DNA from: Candidatus Magasanikiibacteriota bacterium
GTDB taxonomy: Bacteria > Patescibacteriota > Patescibacteriia > Magasanikbacterales > 2-02-FULL-50-9b
Assembly (NCBI GenBank): GCA_903893485.1
Contig: CAITMK010000012.1
Coordinates: forward strand, 18,708-82,707
Length of the DNA: 64,000 nt
Direction of reading: 5' to 3'
Shown here: in pieces, positions 19,836-29,908 of the stretch
How positions within the stretch are numbered: position 1 is the stretch's first letter
Layout: every line of letters begins with the position of its first letter
The notes under the pieces: model-generated
What the model was told of the DNA's origin: nothing
Seen by the model: only the letters and a program-made list of their open reading frames with translations
Databases searched by the model: none
Made by a program: the position numbers and the translations under genes

Positions 19836-20471
19836 TTAACTGAGCTGGGCGAGTGTTGCAAGGGCAGCGACTGGGTTTGGCGTGTTAAAGATCGCGCCAT
19901 TTACGATAAACCGAGTGGCGCCAGCTGTTTTTGCAGCTGGAATCGTTGCAGCGCTGAGCGCGCCATCAACCGTAATCGCTAATGTTGGGGTTGCAGTGCG
20001 GCATTCAGCAATTTTTTCGAGCACCGATTGCTCAAATGGACGTCCACTGGCGCCTGGATGCACGGTTAAAAACAAAATGTCATCAACATAGGGTAATAGA
20101 TGCGCGACGTCTGCTAGCGGCGTTTCTGGAGCCACCGCAATGCCAGCTTGCCACCCGTGAAATTTTATTGCCTCGATAACTTTTTTTGGGTCTTCAACAG
20201 GTTCAACATGAAAATAAACCATTTTGACCGCGGTTGTTTCGGTCCAGGCGTCTAAATGCTGCAATGGATTCGCGACCATTAAGTGCAGCTCAAAATGCGC
20301 AGGGGAAAGCATTTGGCCAATGAGTCCTGGATCCGCCCATGATTTTTCTGGCTGCCAGGTTCCATCTAAAACATCGATTTGAATGCGGGGCGCCTCGGCC
20401 TCAATGGTGCGCAATCGCGACTCAAATTCTGCCGCAGAATGTACAAGGATCGCAGGAATAATTTGTGTCAT
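19836..20471 (-). CDS. rpe: Ribulose-phosphate 3-epimerase
   Basis: IDVLDG, ELHLMV, FHVE, VHPGASG, VDGA. Confidence 0.92.
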   Translation of the reverse strand: MTQIIPAILVHSAAEFESRLRTIEAEAPRIQIDVLDGTWQPEKSWADPGLIGQMLSPAHFELHLMVANPLQHLDAWTETTAVKMVYFHVEPVEDPKKVIEAIKFHGWQAGIAVAPETPLADVAHLLPYVDDILFLTVHPGASGRPFEQSVLEKIAECRTATPTLAITVDGALSAATIPAAKTAGATRFIVNGAIFNTPNPVAALATLAQLS

Positions 20472-20908
20472 ACTTCGAGCTTTGCAACCATTTCTAGGCG
20501 GCGAATATGGCGTTCGTCATTGGAAAATTCAGTGTCTAAAAATTTGCGCACAATTGCACGCGCAAAATCAGGTTGCAAAACGCTGCCCGCAAGGCAAAGC
20601 ACGTTTGCGTTGTCATCGGTGCGCATGGTTTCGGCAGCAAGCAGGTTGTAGCCAATGCCCGCGCGGATCCCCGGATGTTTATTTGCAGCCATGCAAACAC
20701 CAACGCCGTTGGCACACAGCAAAACGCCACGGTTTGCAGGATCTGCAAGCACTTTGCGGCTTAGTTTTTCTGTTACCACTGGGTAATCGTCCCCGGGAAC
20801 CATTGGTCCAGCGCTTAAATCCTCAAAAGGAATTTCCTGAAGTTTTAAAAATTCTTTGATGGCTTCTTTGAGTTCAAAACCCGCGTGATCCGCGCCAAGA
20901 TAAAGCAT
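20468..20908 (-). CDS. rpiB: Ribose-5-phosphate isomerase B
   Basis: GADHAGFELK, DDYP, CANGVG, ANKHPGIRA, NANVLCL, RHIRR. Confidence 0.96.
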   Translation of the reverse strand: MLYLGADHAGFELKEAIKEFLKLQEIPFEDLSAGPMVPGDDYPVVTEKLSRKVLADPANRGVLLCANGVGVCMAANKHPGIRAGIGYNLLAAETMRTDDNANVLCLAGSVLQPDFARAIVRKFLDTEFSNDERHIRRLEMVAKLEV

Positions 20909-21093
20909 ATTTTATAATTTATTGAGAAATTATAGCACAGGTGGGGCGGGTCTTGACAAAAAAGCCCAGATATGATTAAATATTGAGGCTAGAGTGTTAT
21001 TTTAGGAGTAAGGCACACGGGCCCCAATCCAATTGTCCAGCAACCAGCGGTATTCCCCTCGATGGGTAACCCGCTTCAGCAAGGAGGTCAGTC

Positions 21094-21204
21094 ATGATCC
21101 AGTCCACCGCCAGCCCCGCGCGCAACCATGCGGGTGAGTTATCCTTCAAGCCATCGCTGCTGCAGTCCATCAACGGCCGCGCCGGGCGCCGCGCCAAGAA
21201 GTAG
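21094..21204 (+). CDS. Putative 36-aa basic peptide within a ~385-nt structured transcript
   Basis: AAGGAGGTCAGTC-ATG; MIQSTASPARNHAGELSFKPSLLQSINGRAGRRAKK; TTGACA promoter at 20953 and terminator ending near 21372. Confidence 0.5.
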   Translation: MIQSTASPARNHAGELSFKPSLLQSINGRAGRRAKK

Positions 21205-21411
21205 CCACGGCGACGCCGGCGGCTACTGACGCGCGGCGCCGACGAAGGAGATTCGCTTCTCCAACGCCGGCGCCTCGCAACCGCTGAAATCACCGTTTTC
21301 TTGCCGGCCAACGCCGACACGAGCACGAGTTTCGGCGCCACCAACCCACAGGGGCTCTGGTGGTCTTTTTTTATTTGCACGCAAATGCGATTTCCGCTAG
21401 GATACATAGAT

Positions 21412-22836
21412 ATGAAGAATCCACCAAAAAATCTACCATCAGCCGTTGTAATTACGCCTGTTTTTAAAAATCAAAAAAATTCGCCAAGCTTGCCGCACGC
21501 AACCGAAGCCGGCGAAACTATTTTTGCGGTTATCGAAGGGCAGCCAACGATTTTTGTGGGCCTTGGTGAGGAAAAAGAAATTACATTGCTTGGTGTTGCT
21601 ACGACATTTGCCACGGCAATTCGTTTGGCCGAAGACAAAAAATATATAAATGTTGTTGCAAATATTCCAGCGCAGCTTTTTAAAATTGCTGATGGAAAAA
21701 AAGTTGGTGAAACAATGTCGCGCCTTGCGGATATTGCAATTTATCGGTTCCACGATTACCACACCAACAAAGATCGTCATACAAACCCAATTGTTGATTT
21801 ACTTTGGCAGGGAATTCCAGTGCCGCAGCAAAAAGATTTTGCCATTGGCATGAGTACGGGCTCGGCGATCGCGCGTGCAACAAATTTTGCGCGCGATTTG
21901 GGAAATCATCCGCCTTCCTACATGAACCCAGAACAGCTTGCGAGGGAAGTTGAAGAGTTAGGCAAGCATATTCCAAAACTCGCCGTTACGGTTTTGCGTA
22001 AAAAAGAAATTGAAAAAGAAAAAATGGGTGGGTTACTTGGCGTTTCGTCCGGTAGCGCGCAGCCACCAACATTTATCATTATGGAATATGCTGGCGGCAA
22101 AAAGGGGGCGGCGCCAATTGCCTTGATGGGCAAGGGTGTTACGTTCGATGCTGGCGGTATTTCAATTAAACCATCCAGCAAAATGGATGAAATGAAATTC
22201 GATATGATGGGCGGCGCAACTGTTGTGGGCGCGGTTTTGGCCGCAGCTAAATTACAGCTGCCGATAAATGTAGTGGGGCTTATTCCTGCAACCGAAAATT
22301 TGCCATCTGGCACGGCAATGCGCCCGGGTGATATTTTGCACATGCATTCTGGTAAAACGGTTGAGGTTTTGGACACCGACGCGGAAGGCCGTTTGATTTT
22401 AGCAGACGCGTTGTCTTATGCGCGTCGATTTAAACCAGCCGCTGCAATTGACTTGGCAACGTTAACGGGTGCTTGTGTGGTGGCGCTCGGTGAATCTTAT
22501 GCGGGTCTCTGGTCAACCGACGAAAAATTAACGCGCCGCATCTCGGCCGCATCAGAACAAGTTGGTGAAAAAGTATGGCCAATGCCTTTGGGCGAAGATT
22601 TTTCATGCCAAATCAAATCAGAAGTTGCAGATATCAAAAATTTAACAGATCGCTGGGGCAGCGCAAATACCGCCGCGGCATTTTTGCAAGAATTTGCACC
22701 AACTAAAAATTGGGCACATTTGGATATCGCGGGTGTTGCCTATTCCGATCGCCTAAAGCCAGTGCGCACCAAGGGCGCAACAGGTTGGGGCGTTGCGCTG
22801 CTCGTGGACATGCTGCGCGGATTCAAGGTACAATAA
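21412..22836 (+). CDS. pepA: Leucyl aminopeptidase (M17)
   Basis: GKGVTFDAGG, MKFDMMG, DTDAEGRLILAD, ATLTGA, WAHLDIAG. Confidence 0.97.
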   Translation: MKNPPKNLPSAVVITPVFKNQKNSPSLPHATEAGETIFAVIEGQPTIFVGLGEEKEITLLGVATTFATAIRLAEDKKYINVVANIPAQLFKIADGKKVGETMSRLADIAIYRFHDYHTNKDRHTNPIVDLLWQGIPVPQQKDFAIGMSTGSAIARATNFARDLGNHPPSYMNPEQLAREVEELGKHIPKLAVTVLRKKEIEKEKMGGLLGVSSGSAQPPTFIIMEYAGGKKGAAPIALMGKGVTFDAGGISIKPSSKMDEMKFDMMGGATVVGAVLAAAKLQLPINVVGLIPATENLPSGTAMRPGDILHMHSGKTVEVLDTDAEGRLILADALSYARRFKPAAAIDLATLTGACVVALGESYAGLWSTDEKLTRRISAASEQVGEKVWPMPLGEDFSCQIKSEVADIKNLTDRWGSANTAAAFLQEFAPTKNWAHLDIAGVAYSDRLKPVRTKGATGWGVALLVDMLRGFKVQ

Positions 22837-22842
22837 AGACCT

Positions 22843-23235
22843 ATGGACGTCTCTGCAATCGAACCTCAAACTCCAGCGCCTCAGGCGCCAGCGGTATCTA
22901 ACGATGACATTGCTGATGTATTATTGGATCAAGTTGATGATACCATCACAAAAATCGAAGTTGAAAAATCAAACTTATTGCCTTTGGAGCACGCGCTTGA
23001 TTTGGCAATGGCAGATCTGGCAAATGTTCAAGCTGCAAAAAAAGCAAGCACCAAACCAGAATTGCTTGATGTGTATGGTCGTGCGGAAGCCGTGGCGCAA
23101 GAAATTGTGAATACTACGCGAAGTGCTGCAATCGAACGATCTAAAAAAATCGAAGAATTGCAAAATGCGCTGCGCACCATTTTACAGGAACTTAAAAAAA
23201 TGGATCCAGAAAATCCATTAGTACAAAAAATTTGA
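22843..23235 (+). CDS. Hypothetical coiled-coil protein
   Basis: 130-aa ORF tightly packed in the pepA-ruvA run. Confidence 0.65.
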   Translation: MDVSAIEPQTPAPQAPAVSNDDIADVLLDQVDDTITKIEVEKSNLLPLEHALDLAMADLANVQAAKKASTKPELLDVYGRAEAVAQEIVNTTRSAAIERSKKIEELQNALRTILQELKKMDPENPLVQKI

Positions 23236-23236
23236 T

Positions 23237-23479
23237 ATGAGTTTTTTGGGAAACCTTTTTGGTAAAAAAAGTGTCGTTGCAAAATTATCTGAATCAGAAA
23301 TGATTTCCAGAACAATTGAAGTTACCGAAGGAGAATTGCATGATGCTGAGGACCGTTTGCTTGCCGCAACAGATAACAAAATCAAGGAATCACTAGAATT
23401 TTTGGTATCACGAAAGACGCAGGCAATTGCGGATTTAAAAGATAAATTGCGCGCCGCACAAGTACGCGAAAACACATGA
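23237..23479 (+). CDS. Hypothetical protein
   Basis: 80-aa ORF whose stop overlaps the ruvA start (ATGA). Confidence 0.65.
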   Translation: MSFLGNLFGKKSVVAKLSESEMISRTIEVTEGELHDAEDRLLAATDNKIKESLEFLVSRKTQAIADLKDKLRAAQVRENT

Positions 23480-24042
23480 TCGGATTTTTGTCAGGAATTA
23501 TTCGGCAGGTTAAAGGCACACGCGTTTTAGTAGATGTGCATGGTGTTGGGTATGAAGTTGACATGTCAGTAGCCGACGCAGCGCGTGCGCGAACCGGCGA
23601 CGCAGTAGAGATTTATTGCCACACGCATGTTCGCGAAGATGCGCTGCTGTTGTTTGGTTTTTTTACACCAAGCGCCAAAGATTTTTTTGAAATATTAATT
23701 GGCGTGAGTGGCGTTGGTCCAAAATCTGCATTGCAAATTTTATCGATTGGCACCGTTGATGAAATCCGTTCCGCGGTTTTGCGTGCTGACATTGATTTTT
23801 TAACGCGCGTCCCAGGAGTTGGAAAAAAAATTGCTGAACGCATGGTACTTGATTTGCGTGGTAAAATTTCTGATGTGCTGCTTGCCGATGTAGGTGACGT
23901 AAATACGCGCGATGCGGTTGAAGCATTGGTCCAACTCGGATTTAAAAAAGATGATGCTGCGAAAGTTCTGCAGGGTGAAACAGGTACTGCAGAAGAACTC
24001 ATTCGCAAGGGACTCAAACAATTACATGGCAAAAAAATTTAG
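23476..24042 (+). CDS. ruvA: Holliday junction branch migration protein RuvA
   Basis: GVGYEV, HVREDALLLFGF, VSGVGPK, PGVGKKIAER, ALVQLGF. Confidence 0.97.
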   Translation: MIGFLSGIIRQVKGTRVLVDVHGVGYEVDMSVADAARARTGDAVEIYCHTHVREDALLLFGFFTPSAKDFFEILIGVSGVGPKSALQILSIGTVDEIRSAVLRADIDFLTRVPGVGKKIAERMVLDLRGKISDVLLADVGDVNTRDAVEALVQLGFKKDDAAKVLQGETGTAEELIRKGLKQLHGKKI

Positions 24043-24997
24043 CGGCACAAACGAAGAATGGGATGCGTTAGTTCTGAACGCTGGCGCGCAAAATAATGCG
24101 TGGGGTTTTGTGTTACAAAGCAGTAAATGGGCTGATGTATTGGTCGCGCGTGGCGCGCGTGTGGTGCGAATCGTCGATGAATCAAATCAGCCGTCGCTGT
24201 GGACATTGTTAAAAATTACGCACGGTATTTGGGTGTGGTATTGTCCAAAAGGGCCGATTGTATTGCCCGAACATGCAAATGAATGGCGCGCTCTTATTTC
24301 AGTTTTGCAGCACGAACGTCATGCCACGGTGCTTCGCATTGAGCCAACAATTGCTGCGCCAGAAAATTTTAAAAAAAGAAAATCAATTTCACCAACGCAT
24401 TCATTGATTACATTACTCGGAAATAATTTTGAATCTTTATTCAAAAGTTTTCACGAAAAAACACGATACAATATTCGTGTTGCAGAAAAACACGGCGTGC
24501 GCGCAGTACGATTGACCGGCGAGATGCTTCATCAGCAGCTCCATCGCATTTTGAGTTTGTATACGGCAACGGGCGAGCGCCATGGAATTTCTTCTATGCC
24601 TGCAGCGGAGCTTCGTGCGCTCGTTGCAACAGCGGACGTTTGGGTTGCCTGGTACGAAAATCGTATTATCGCGACTTCGTTTCATGTTGGATTTGGTGAC
24701 ACATATACGTATTTGCACGGAGCTTCATCGTACGATGACCGCGCACTCATGGGGCCGTACGCGTTACATGCGGCGGCAATGCAGTACGCAATTGAACAGA
24801 GTTTTGCACGGTATGATTGGTGGGGCGTTGCACCAGAAAACGATGAAACGCACCCACTCGCGGGCGTTACACGGTTTAAATTGGGTTTTGGTGGCAGCAT
24901 GGTAAGTGCGCCAGGAACATTCGATTTGGGCATTGACCGACTACGCTATTCTTTGTACACTTGGGGAGTTCGAGCGGCTAAACGCATGCGCTCGTAG
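24026..24997 (+). CDS. FemABX family peptidoglycan bridge aminoacyltransferase
   Basis: LQSSKW, YCPKGP, KTRYNIR, YLHGAS, YDWWG, GVTRFKLGFGG. Confidence 0.9.
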   Translation: MAKKFSGTNEEWDALVLNAGAQNNAWGFVLQSSKWADVLVARGARVVRIVDESNQPSLWTLLKITHGIWVWYCPKGPIVLPEHANEWRALISVLQHERHATVLRIEPTIAAPENFKKRKSISPTHSLITLLGNNFESLFKSFHEKTRYNIRVAEKHGVRAVRLTGEMLHQQLHRILSLYTATGERHGISSMPAAELRALVATADVWVAWYENRIIATSFHVGFGDTYTYLHGASSYDDRALMGPYALHAAAMQYAIEQSFARYDWWGVAPENDETHPLAGVTRFKLGFGGSMVSAPGTFDLGIDRLRYSLYTWGVRAAKRMRS

Positions 24998-25059
24998 TAC
25001 AGTGGATAGTACGCTGGCCTCCGAAGCTGGAAACACAGGTTCGACTCCTGTCGGGCGCA
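24988..25059 (+). tRNA. tRNA-Arg(CCG)
   Basis: GCGCTCG/CGGGCGC acceptor, anticodon loop CT-CCG-AA, GGTTCGACTCC T arm; no encoded CCA. Confidence 0.95.
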
Positions 25060-25094
25060 AATAAAAAATCCTACGTTGGTAGGATTTTTTATTT
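25059..25094. terminator. Bidirectional terminator
   Basis: AAATAAAAAATCCTAC-GTTG-GTAGGATTTTTTATTT perfect inverted repeat between convergent genes. Confidence 0.85.
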
Positions 25095-25105
25095 GAAGTA
25101 AATTT

Positions 25106-26527
25106 TTACTGCGCGCCAAAAGTCATTTGTACCGGAGTTCCTGACTGACTAAATCCATCACCCGTAATTGCTGCAACAAATGAAGCATTAAGACCTGCTG
25201 GAAATGGGGAATAGCTGCCAGCGTCTTTTACACCTACTGTGAACAAAACAGATACGCTTGCGCCCGGCGCAATTTCTGCCAAATCAGGTACATCTTTTGC
25301 AAGCCAGGTAATTGTTGCGGCGCGACGATCCGGAGTGAGTTGATTTCCCATCACGAGTGGATCACCCGTTGATTGTAGATTTAAGAAGTCAAAAATACTT
25401 TTATTTTTGCTAGATGGCGCTTCAACAGAAACGGCAAATTTTGCATTTTTAATAGGCGCGCTCGTACCATTGGTAAAGTGAATGGTAAATGGAATTGCAT
25501 CACCAGCTTTAAGCGCCATGGGATGATCGATCGACGAGGTTAAAGAAAACCCAGCGGTTTTTGAAGCCGTTGCAGGTGTTGATGTTGTGGTTGAAGTCGC
25601 AGAACCAAAATCTGTTTGCGCGAAAATAATTGGAGTATCGCCATTTGCACGTTGAAGCGAAACTGATTTTGGCGCCGCAAAAGGAGCAGCCGCACTACCT
25701 GTTTTTGGCGTGGTAATAATAATTAACGTGCTTGTTGATTGTCCTTTAATTTCAGCAAAAGGAAGTGTGATTTCGCCTCCCGAAATCTGAGCAGCTGGAG
25801 TTGTCTTTGAAATTGTTACATCGCTGCCTAATTCAGCCACTAGCTGTGTGTTTAGAATTGAAGTACTCGCCGTATTCGCAAGCAAAATCGTGTGAGTTGT
25901 GTTTTTATCTGTCGTAACACTGGTAACGCCAAGCACGATCGCCGTTGATTCAACTGAAATTTTTTGATCCGCAACTTTTTCGAAATCAGCATTAAAATTT
26001 GATGGACGATAGGAAACTAATGCACGCAGTACATCCTCAGCACCAGGTTTACCCAAATACAATGCCTTAATATGCACCACCTTTTCACCACCACTTGAAA
26101 TGCCGCCAAGCGTCCAGCGTTCATTTTTGGTTGTCACGGCAACAGGGTCAGCGCTTACAATGATAAAGCCTTGCGGTGCATGCAAATTCATTTCAGCGGC
26201 AGCAATTTCACGTGCGCTTGTGTTTTGAACCGTAACGGAATAATCATCTTCAATGCCGGCAATAATATGTTCAGGAGCGCTCACGGTAACCACGACTTGT
26301 TCCTCAGAAAAGTTACCACGTGATGGATTAAACATAAAGTAGCCAAGCCATGCCGCGCCCGTTGCTGCTGCCAAGAACAAACACACGACAAAAGTTACAA
26401 AAAATCCACCGCGAGAATTTCGTTGTTCAATATGACGCATGTCCGGCATAGCACCGTCTTCATCTTTGTAGATCGCGGTTACACGGTCCTCGAGTTCATT
26501 TTTAGTTTTGCGAATTTGTTTTGGCAT
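25106..26527 (-). CDS. Membrane-anchored protein with Ig-like (DUF11-like) domains
   Basis: Single N-terminal TM helix followed by beta-rich repeats (YSVTVQN...WTLGGI; FTIHFTN...EIAPG). Confidence 0.7.
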   Translation of the reverse strand: MPKQIRKTKNELEDRVTAIYKDEDGAMPDMRHIEQRNSRGGFFVTFVVCLFLAAATGAAWLGYFMFNPSRGNFSEEQVVVTVSAPEHIIAGIEDDYSVTVQNTSAREIAAAEMNLHAPQGFIIVSADPVAVTTKNERWTLGGISSGGEKVVHIKALYLGKPGAEDVLRALVSYRPSNFNADFEKVADQKISVESTAIVLGVTSVTTDKNTTHTILLANTASTSILNTQLVAELGSDVTISKTTPAAQISGGEITLPFAEIKGQSTSTLIIITTPKTGSAAAPFAAPKSVSLQRANGDTPIIFAQTDFGSATSTTTSTPATASKTAGFSLTSSIDHPMALKAGDAIPFTIHFTNGTSAPIKNAKFAVSVEAPSSKNKSIFDFLNLQSTGDPLVMGNQLTPDRRAATITWLAKDVPDLAEIAPGASVSVLFTVGVKDAGSYSPFPAGLNASFVAAITGDGFSQSGTPVQMTFGAQ

Positions 26528-28817
26528 AGGATGTTATTGCGTAAGAAATATCATGATCAAAGGGAACTGAAATAAGCGCACCATTTTCTGCAAGTGTAGC
26601 ACGGGTGTCTGTAATGGCACCAACCTGCCAGTTGTCTGGCAAAATTACGCGCGAAGAAAATCGCGTGTTCTGCGTACCACTTTGGCGTTGTACGTAAAGT
26701 GAATAACTCGCAACCTGCGTTGAATCACCAAATGCGCCGGCGATTTTACTCATGAGATTTGGTGCCTGCGGTGTCATTTTGAATGGCAATTTATAAGTAA
26801 GCATTGCCTCTGCGCTTCCGCCAGGCTGTGTGATCATCCAATTACCAAATACCATGTGCCCAAACTCACGCGTGATGCGTGTGCCTGATTTTTCATCGGT
26901 GCCTACAAGTTGCTCAATGGTTTCCAAATCCGTATCTGGTTTTTCCCAGGTTGCAGCGCCTTGAAAAAGTGAATCATCGGGAAAGGTAAAACCGTCGGCA
27001 GAAACCAGCGTGCTATTGTCTGGCACGTAAAAGCGCAAATATGAAATATTAGGCGCATCTTCGAGTACGCGATCACTTTTAAGTTGGGTGCGTGACACAC
27101 GAACAGAAACTTCGATACTTCCATCGTCTGCAATTTTTGCTTGGTGATCGATGGTTTGAGAAATTACGGCATCAGTTTTTTGGCCGCCAATATTTGTGGT
27201 GATCATTTGCAAATAATCGCCATTTGGATTATCGCGTACCGCACCGTCCCATCCAAAAGAAGCGATTTGAACCTCAGTATCTGTATCCGAGGTATACAAT
27301 TGAATCTCACGGGTTTCTAGCGCCTTAAGTAACGTCGTAATGACTGGTAAAAAATGTTCAGCCTTGCCCGCTTTCAACGTGTTAATCAATGCCGGCGCCG
27401 CATCGGTGATAATTGATTTCGGTTTTGTATTATGATCGAGCGCCTTTTCAGTGATTGAATCTCGCAAGGTGCTGAGCGCGCTATTTGCATCAAGCGTTTG
27501 ATCGGATCCATCCACGTGAATCGGGCCAACCACTGCAAGTAATTCCGGCAACACCGTTGCGTTAATTGCAATCACACCATCAACACTTGGGCCTTGGGAT
27601 TTTTCCAAAAACCACATGAGTTTTTTAGCTGATGTTGGAAAATCAGGGAACCAATTACCATCTTGAAATTCCCAACGTGGATTTACTATATGAAGCGGCA
27701 GTGGCGCATAAATTTGATTTTTGAGCGAACCTTGCAAATCATATGAGCCACCTGGTGGAACTTCCATTTTGGTGATCTCGCCATTTTTGATATCGATAAG
27801 TGCAAATGAACCAATAAAACCGCCGGTTGGGCGCATTTCCGTTGGATTTTGGAACACGATTAAATAGCGACGTGGCTGCGTGGTGCCAAGCGTGGATAAA
27901 ATTACCGGGCCGGCAGATGCTAAATAAGTTGCATCGTTATCGAGTGCTAAAATTGCATCGCGTGCGGTTGAAACTAATTTTTGCTGTGAGTCGGGCAGCC
28001 CAGAAACATCGATTGGACGAACTAAATCAGCTGCTTGATCCAAATCAGAAACAACGGCGCGATTGCCATCAAAAAATAAATTTAAACGCTCAATGAGTGG
28101 CGCATCTGAACGTTCTTTGAGTGTGCGGAAAAGCTGCATGTATGACGCGGCTGCCAAAGAAACATGTTCGCCAGCGTTCACGAGGCGCGTGGCCACACCA
28201 AATTTTTCTCCGAGAACAGGAATGTGTTGCAGAACAAAATCTTCGGTGGAGTCGATGCCTGAAAGGGAAGTTTGGGCAGCGTGAAATTGACGGAGCGCAT
28301 CATCAATGACACTTGAAGCCTGGCTAAAATTTGATAAATCATGGGCGCTGGCAGCGGTCGAAGCTTTTAAATCCTCGACAGATGTTTCTGCCGCGCGCAG
28401 TTGTTCAAAGGTGGTGAGTGCTTTGAGCGGCGTAACTAAAACAAATGCAATGAGCACAAACATGGCGCTTGCACGATGCAATGATTTTACCGCATGCGTT
28501 TTTTTTGCTTTTGTTTTTTGCTTTTGTTTCTGTTTTGGCTCAGGAATTGGTGTTGGCGCGGCTGGTGCAAATGATGGATTTAATGCGGCGCGAACAATTG
28601 GCGCTGGTTTCGCATTTTCTTTGTGCAAACCTTTTAATAAATCCACCTCGACATGCGCGGCAGTATTTTTCTGTTGCGCGGGCACATGCTTTGGAGTATT
28701 TTGTGAAAAATCAAAAATATCATCGACTTCGGTTGGCCGAAGTGATGCAAAGTGCGGAGAAAATTCGTGCTCTCCGCGTGAAATGGGAATAAACTTTGGA
28801 GGCTTACTCGAGGCCAT
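26502..28817 (-). CDS. DUF4012 domain membrane protein
   Basis: YLIVFQNPTEMRPTGGFIGS, NWFPDFPTSA, VDGVIA, NIGGQKTD, YLRFYVP. Confidence 0.88.
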   Translation of the reverse strand: MASSKPPKFIPISRGEHEFSPHFASLRPTEVDDIFDFSQNTPKHVPAQQKNTAAHVEVDLLKGLHKENAKPAPIVRAALNPSFAPAAPTPIPEPKQKQKQKTKAKKTHAVKSLHRASAMFVLIAFVLVTPLKALTTFEQLRAAETSVEDLKASTAASAHDLSNFSQASSVIDDALRQFHAAQTSLSGIDSTEDFVLQHIPVLGEKFGVATRLVNAGEHVSLAAASYMQLFRTLKERSDAPLIERLNLFFDGNRAVVSDLDQAADLVRPIDVSGLPDSQQKLVSTARDAILALDNDATYLASAGPVILSTLGTTQPRRYLIVFQNPTEMRPTGGFIGSFALIDIKNGEITKMEVPPGGSYDLQGSLKNQIYAPLPLHIVNPRWEFQDGNWFPDFPTSAKKLMWFLEKSQGPSVDGVIAINATVLPELLAVVGPIHVDGSDQTLDANSALSTLRDSITEKALDHNTKPKSIITDAAPALINTLKAGKAEHFLPVITTLLKALETREIQLYTSDTDTEVQIASFGWDGAVRDNPNGDYLQMITTNIGGQKTDAVISQTIDHQAKIADDGSIEVSVRVSRTQLKSDRVLEDAPNISYLRFYVPDNSTLVSADGFTFPDDSLFQGAATWEKPDTDLETIEQLVGTDEKSGTRITREFGHMVFGNWMITQPGGSAEAMLTYKLPFKMTPQAPNLMSKIAGAFGDSTQVASYSLYVQRQSGTQNTRFSSRVILPDNWQVGAITDTRATLAENGALISVPFDHDISYAITSYAKTNSQN

Positions 28818-28839
28818 GTAAATGAAAGCTTAACCTTCA

Positions 28840-29904
28840 TTAGTATAGCACCTTTTGCAGAAAATTTCGTGTGGATAGTGCGGCATTTTTCCATTGAAAT
28901 GTTGCAGCAAACTTTTTTCCAGCATCGCCAGGTTTTGGAAGCGTCAAAATACGTTTCATGGCAGCAAATAATTCTTCAGAATCGTCGGGTGAAACCCAGG
29001 TAACATTGTCTTTTAAAATTTCTGGCATGACCGAGGTGTGCGCAACAATTGCAGGTGTGCCATATGAAAGTGCTTCGAGCGGCGGAAAGCCAAAACCTTC
29101 GGCGCGCGATGGAAAAATAAGCGCTGCAGCCGCTGCATAATGTGCGCAAATAATTTCATCGGGTGCATCGAATACAATTTTGATTCGGCTGTCGGTGTTG
29201 CGTGCCGCAAGCTGCTCTGAAAATCGATCTTGATGTGTAAAAATGATAGTCTCCGTAGTAAATTCTGGGTGCGCGGCGTATGCGGCAAAAAGCAGCGTCT
29301 GATTTTTATGCGGATAGCTGTTGCCAACCATCATAAAAAAAGGCGCAGCTGGAGTTGACGCGTTTGATGGCAGCGGCGCCGAAACGCCAGGATAAATCGC
29401 AACCGTTTTTGATGCGGCCCAGGGAAAACGTTCGATCACACCCTTTTTTACAAATTCAGAAACCGTAATAATGCCTTTGGTACGCTGCACATTCCAGCCC
29501 AAAAGCATGCGCCAAATTCCCCATTTGATAAAAAAATTAATTTTATTCCAGCGGCCTGGTGAATATGTTGGAAATTCTTCAAAAATAAAATCGTGAATCG
29601 TAAAAACAAACGGCTGAAACAAAAAAAGCGGCACATTCCAATGAGGAATAAACCAAGTTTCAACACGCGTCATGCGATTCATGATGAGGCCAAGTTTGAT
29701 TTGCTCGGCAATGCCATACCAGGGAATGGCAACCTCGATATATTCAACGTTGCGCATGGTCGGTAGATTTGGCGTTTCAGGAAGCACTAAAACCGTAAAA
29801 TGATCCTGCGGACTTTGCCCCGCAAGATGTGTGATGAGTTCGCGCGTGTAGCGGCCAAGCCCGCCAGGCACACGCATAAAGCGTCCGTCGATTCCTAAAA
29901 ACAT
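28840..29904 (-). CDS. Glycosyltransferase family 4
   Basis: GGLGRY, TIHD, PHKN, FPSRAEGFGFPPLEA. Confidence 0.93.
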   Translation of the reverse strand: MFLGIDGRFMRVPGGLGRYTRELITHLAGQSPQDHFTVLVLPETPNLPTMRNVEYIEVAIPWYGIAEQIKLGLIMNRMTRVETWFIPHWNVPLFLFQPFVFTIHDFIFEEFPTYSPGRWNKINFFIKWGIWRMLLGWNVQRTKGIITVSEFVKKGVIERFPWAASKTVAIYPGVSAPLPSNASTPAAPFFMMVGNSYPHKNQTLLFAAYAAHPEFTTETIIFTHQDRFSEQLAARNTDSRIKIVFDAPDEIICAHYAAAAALIFPSRAEGFGFPPLEALSYGTPAIVAHTSVMPEILKDNVTWVSPDDSEELFAAMKRILTLPKPGDAGKKFAATFQWKNAALSTRNFLQKVLY

Positions 29905-29908
29905 ACTC

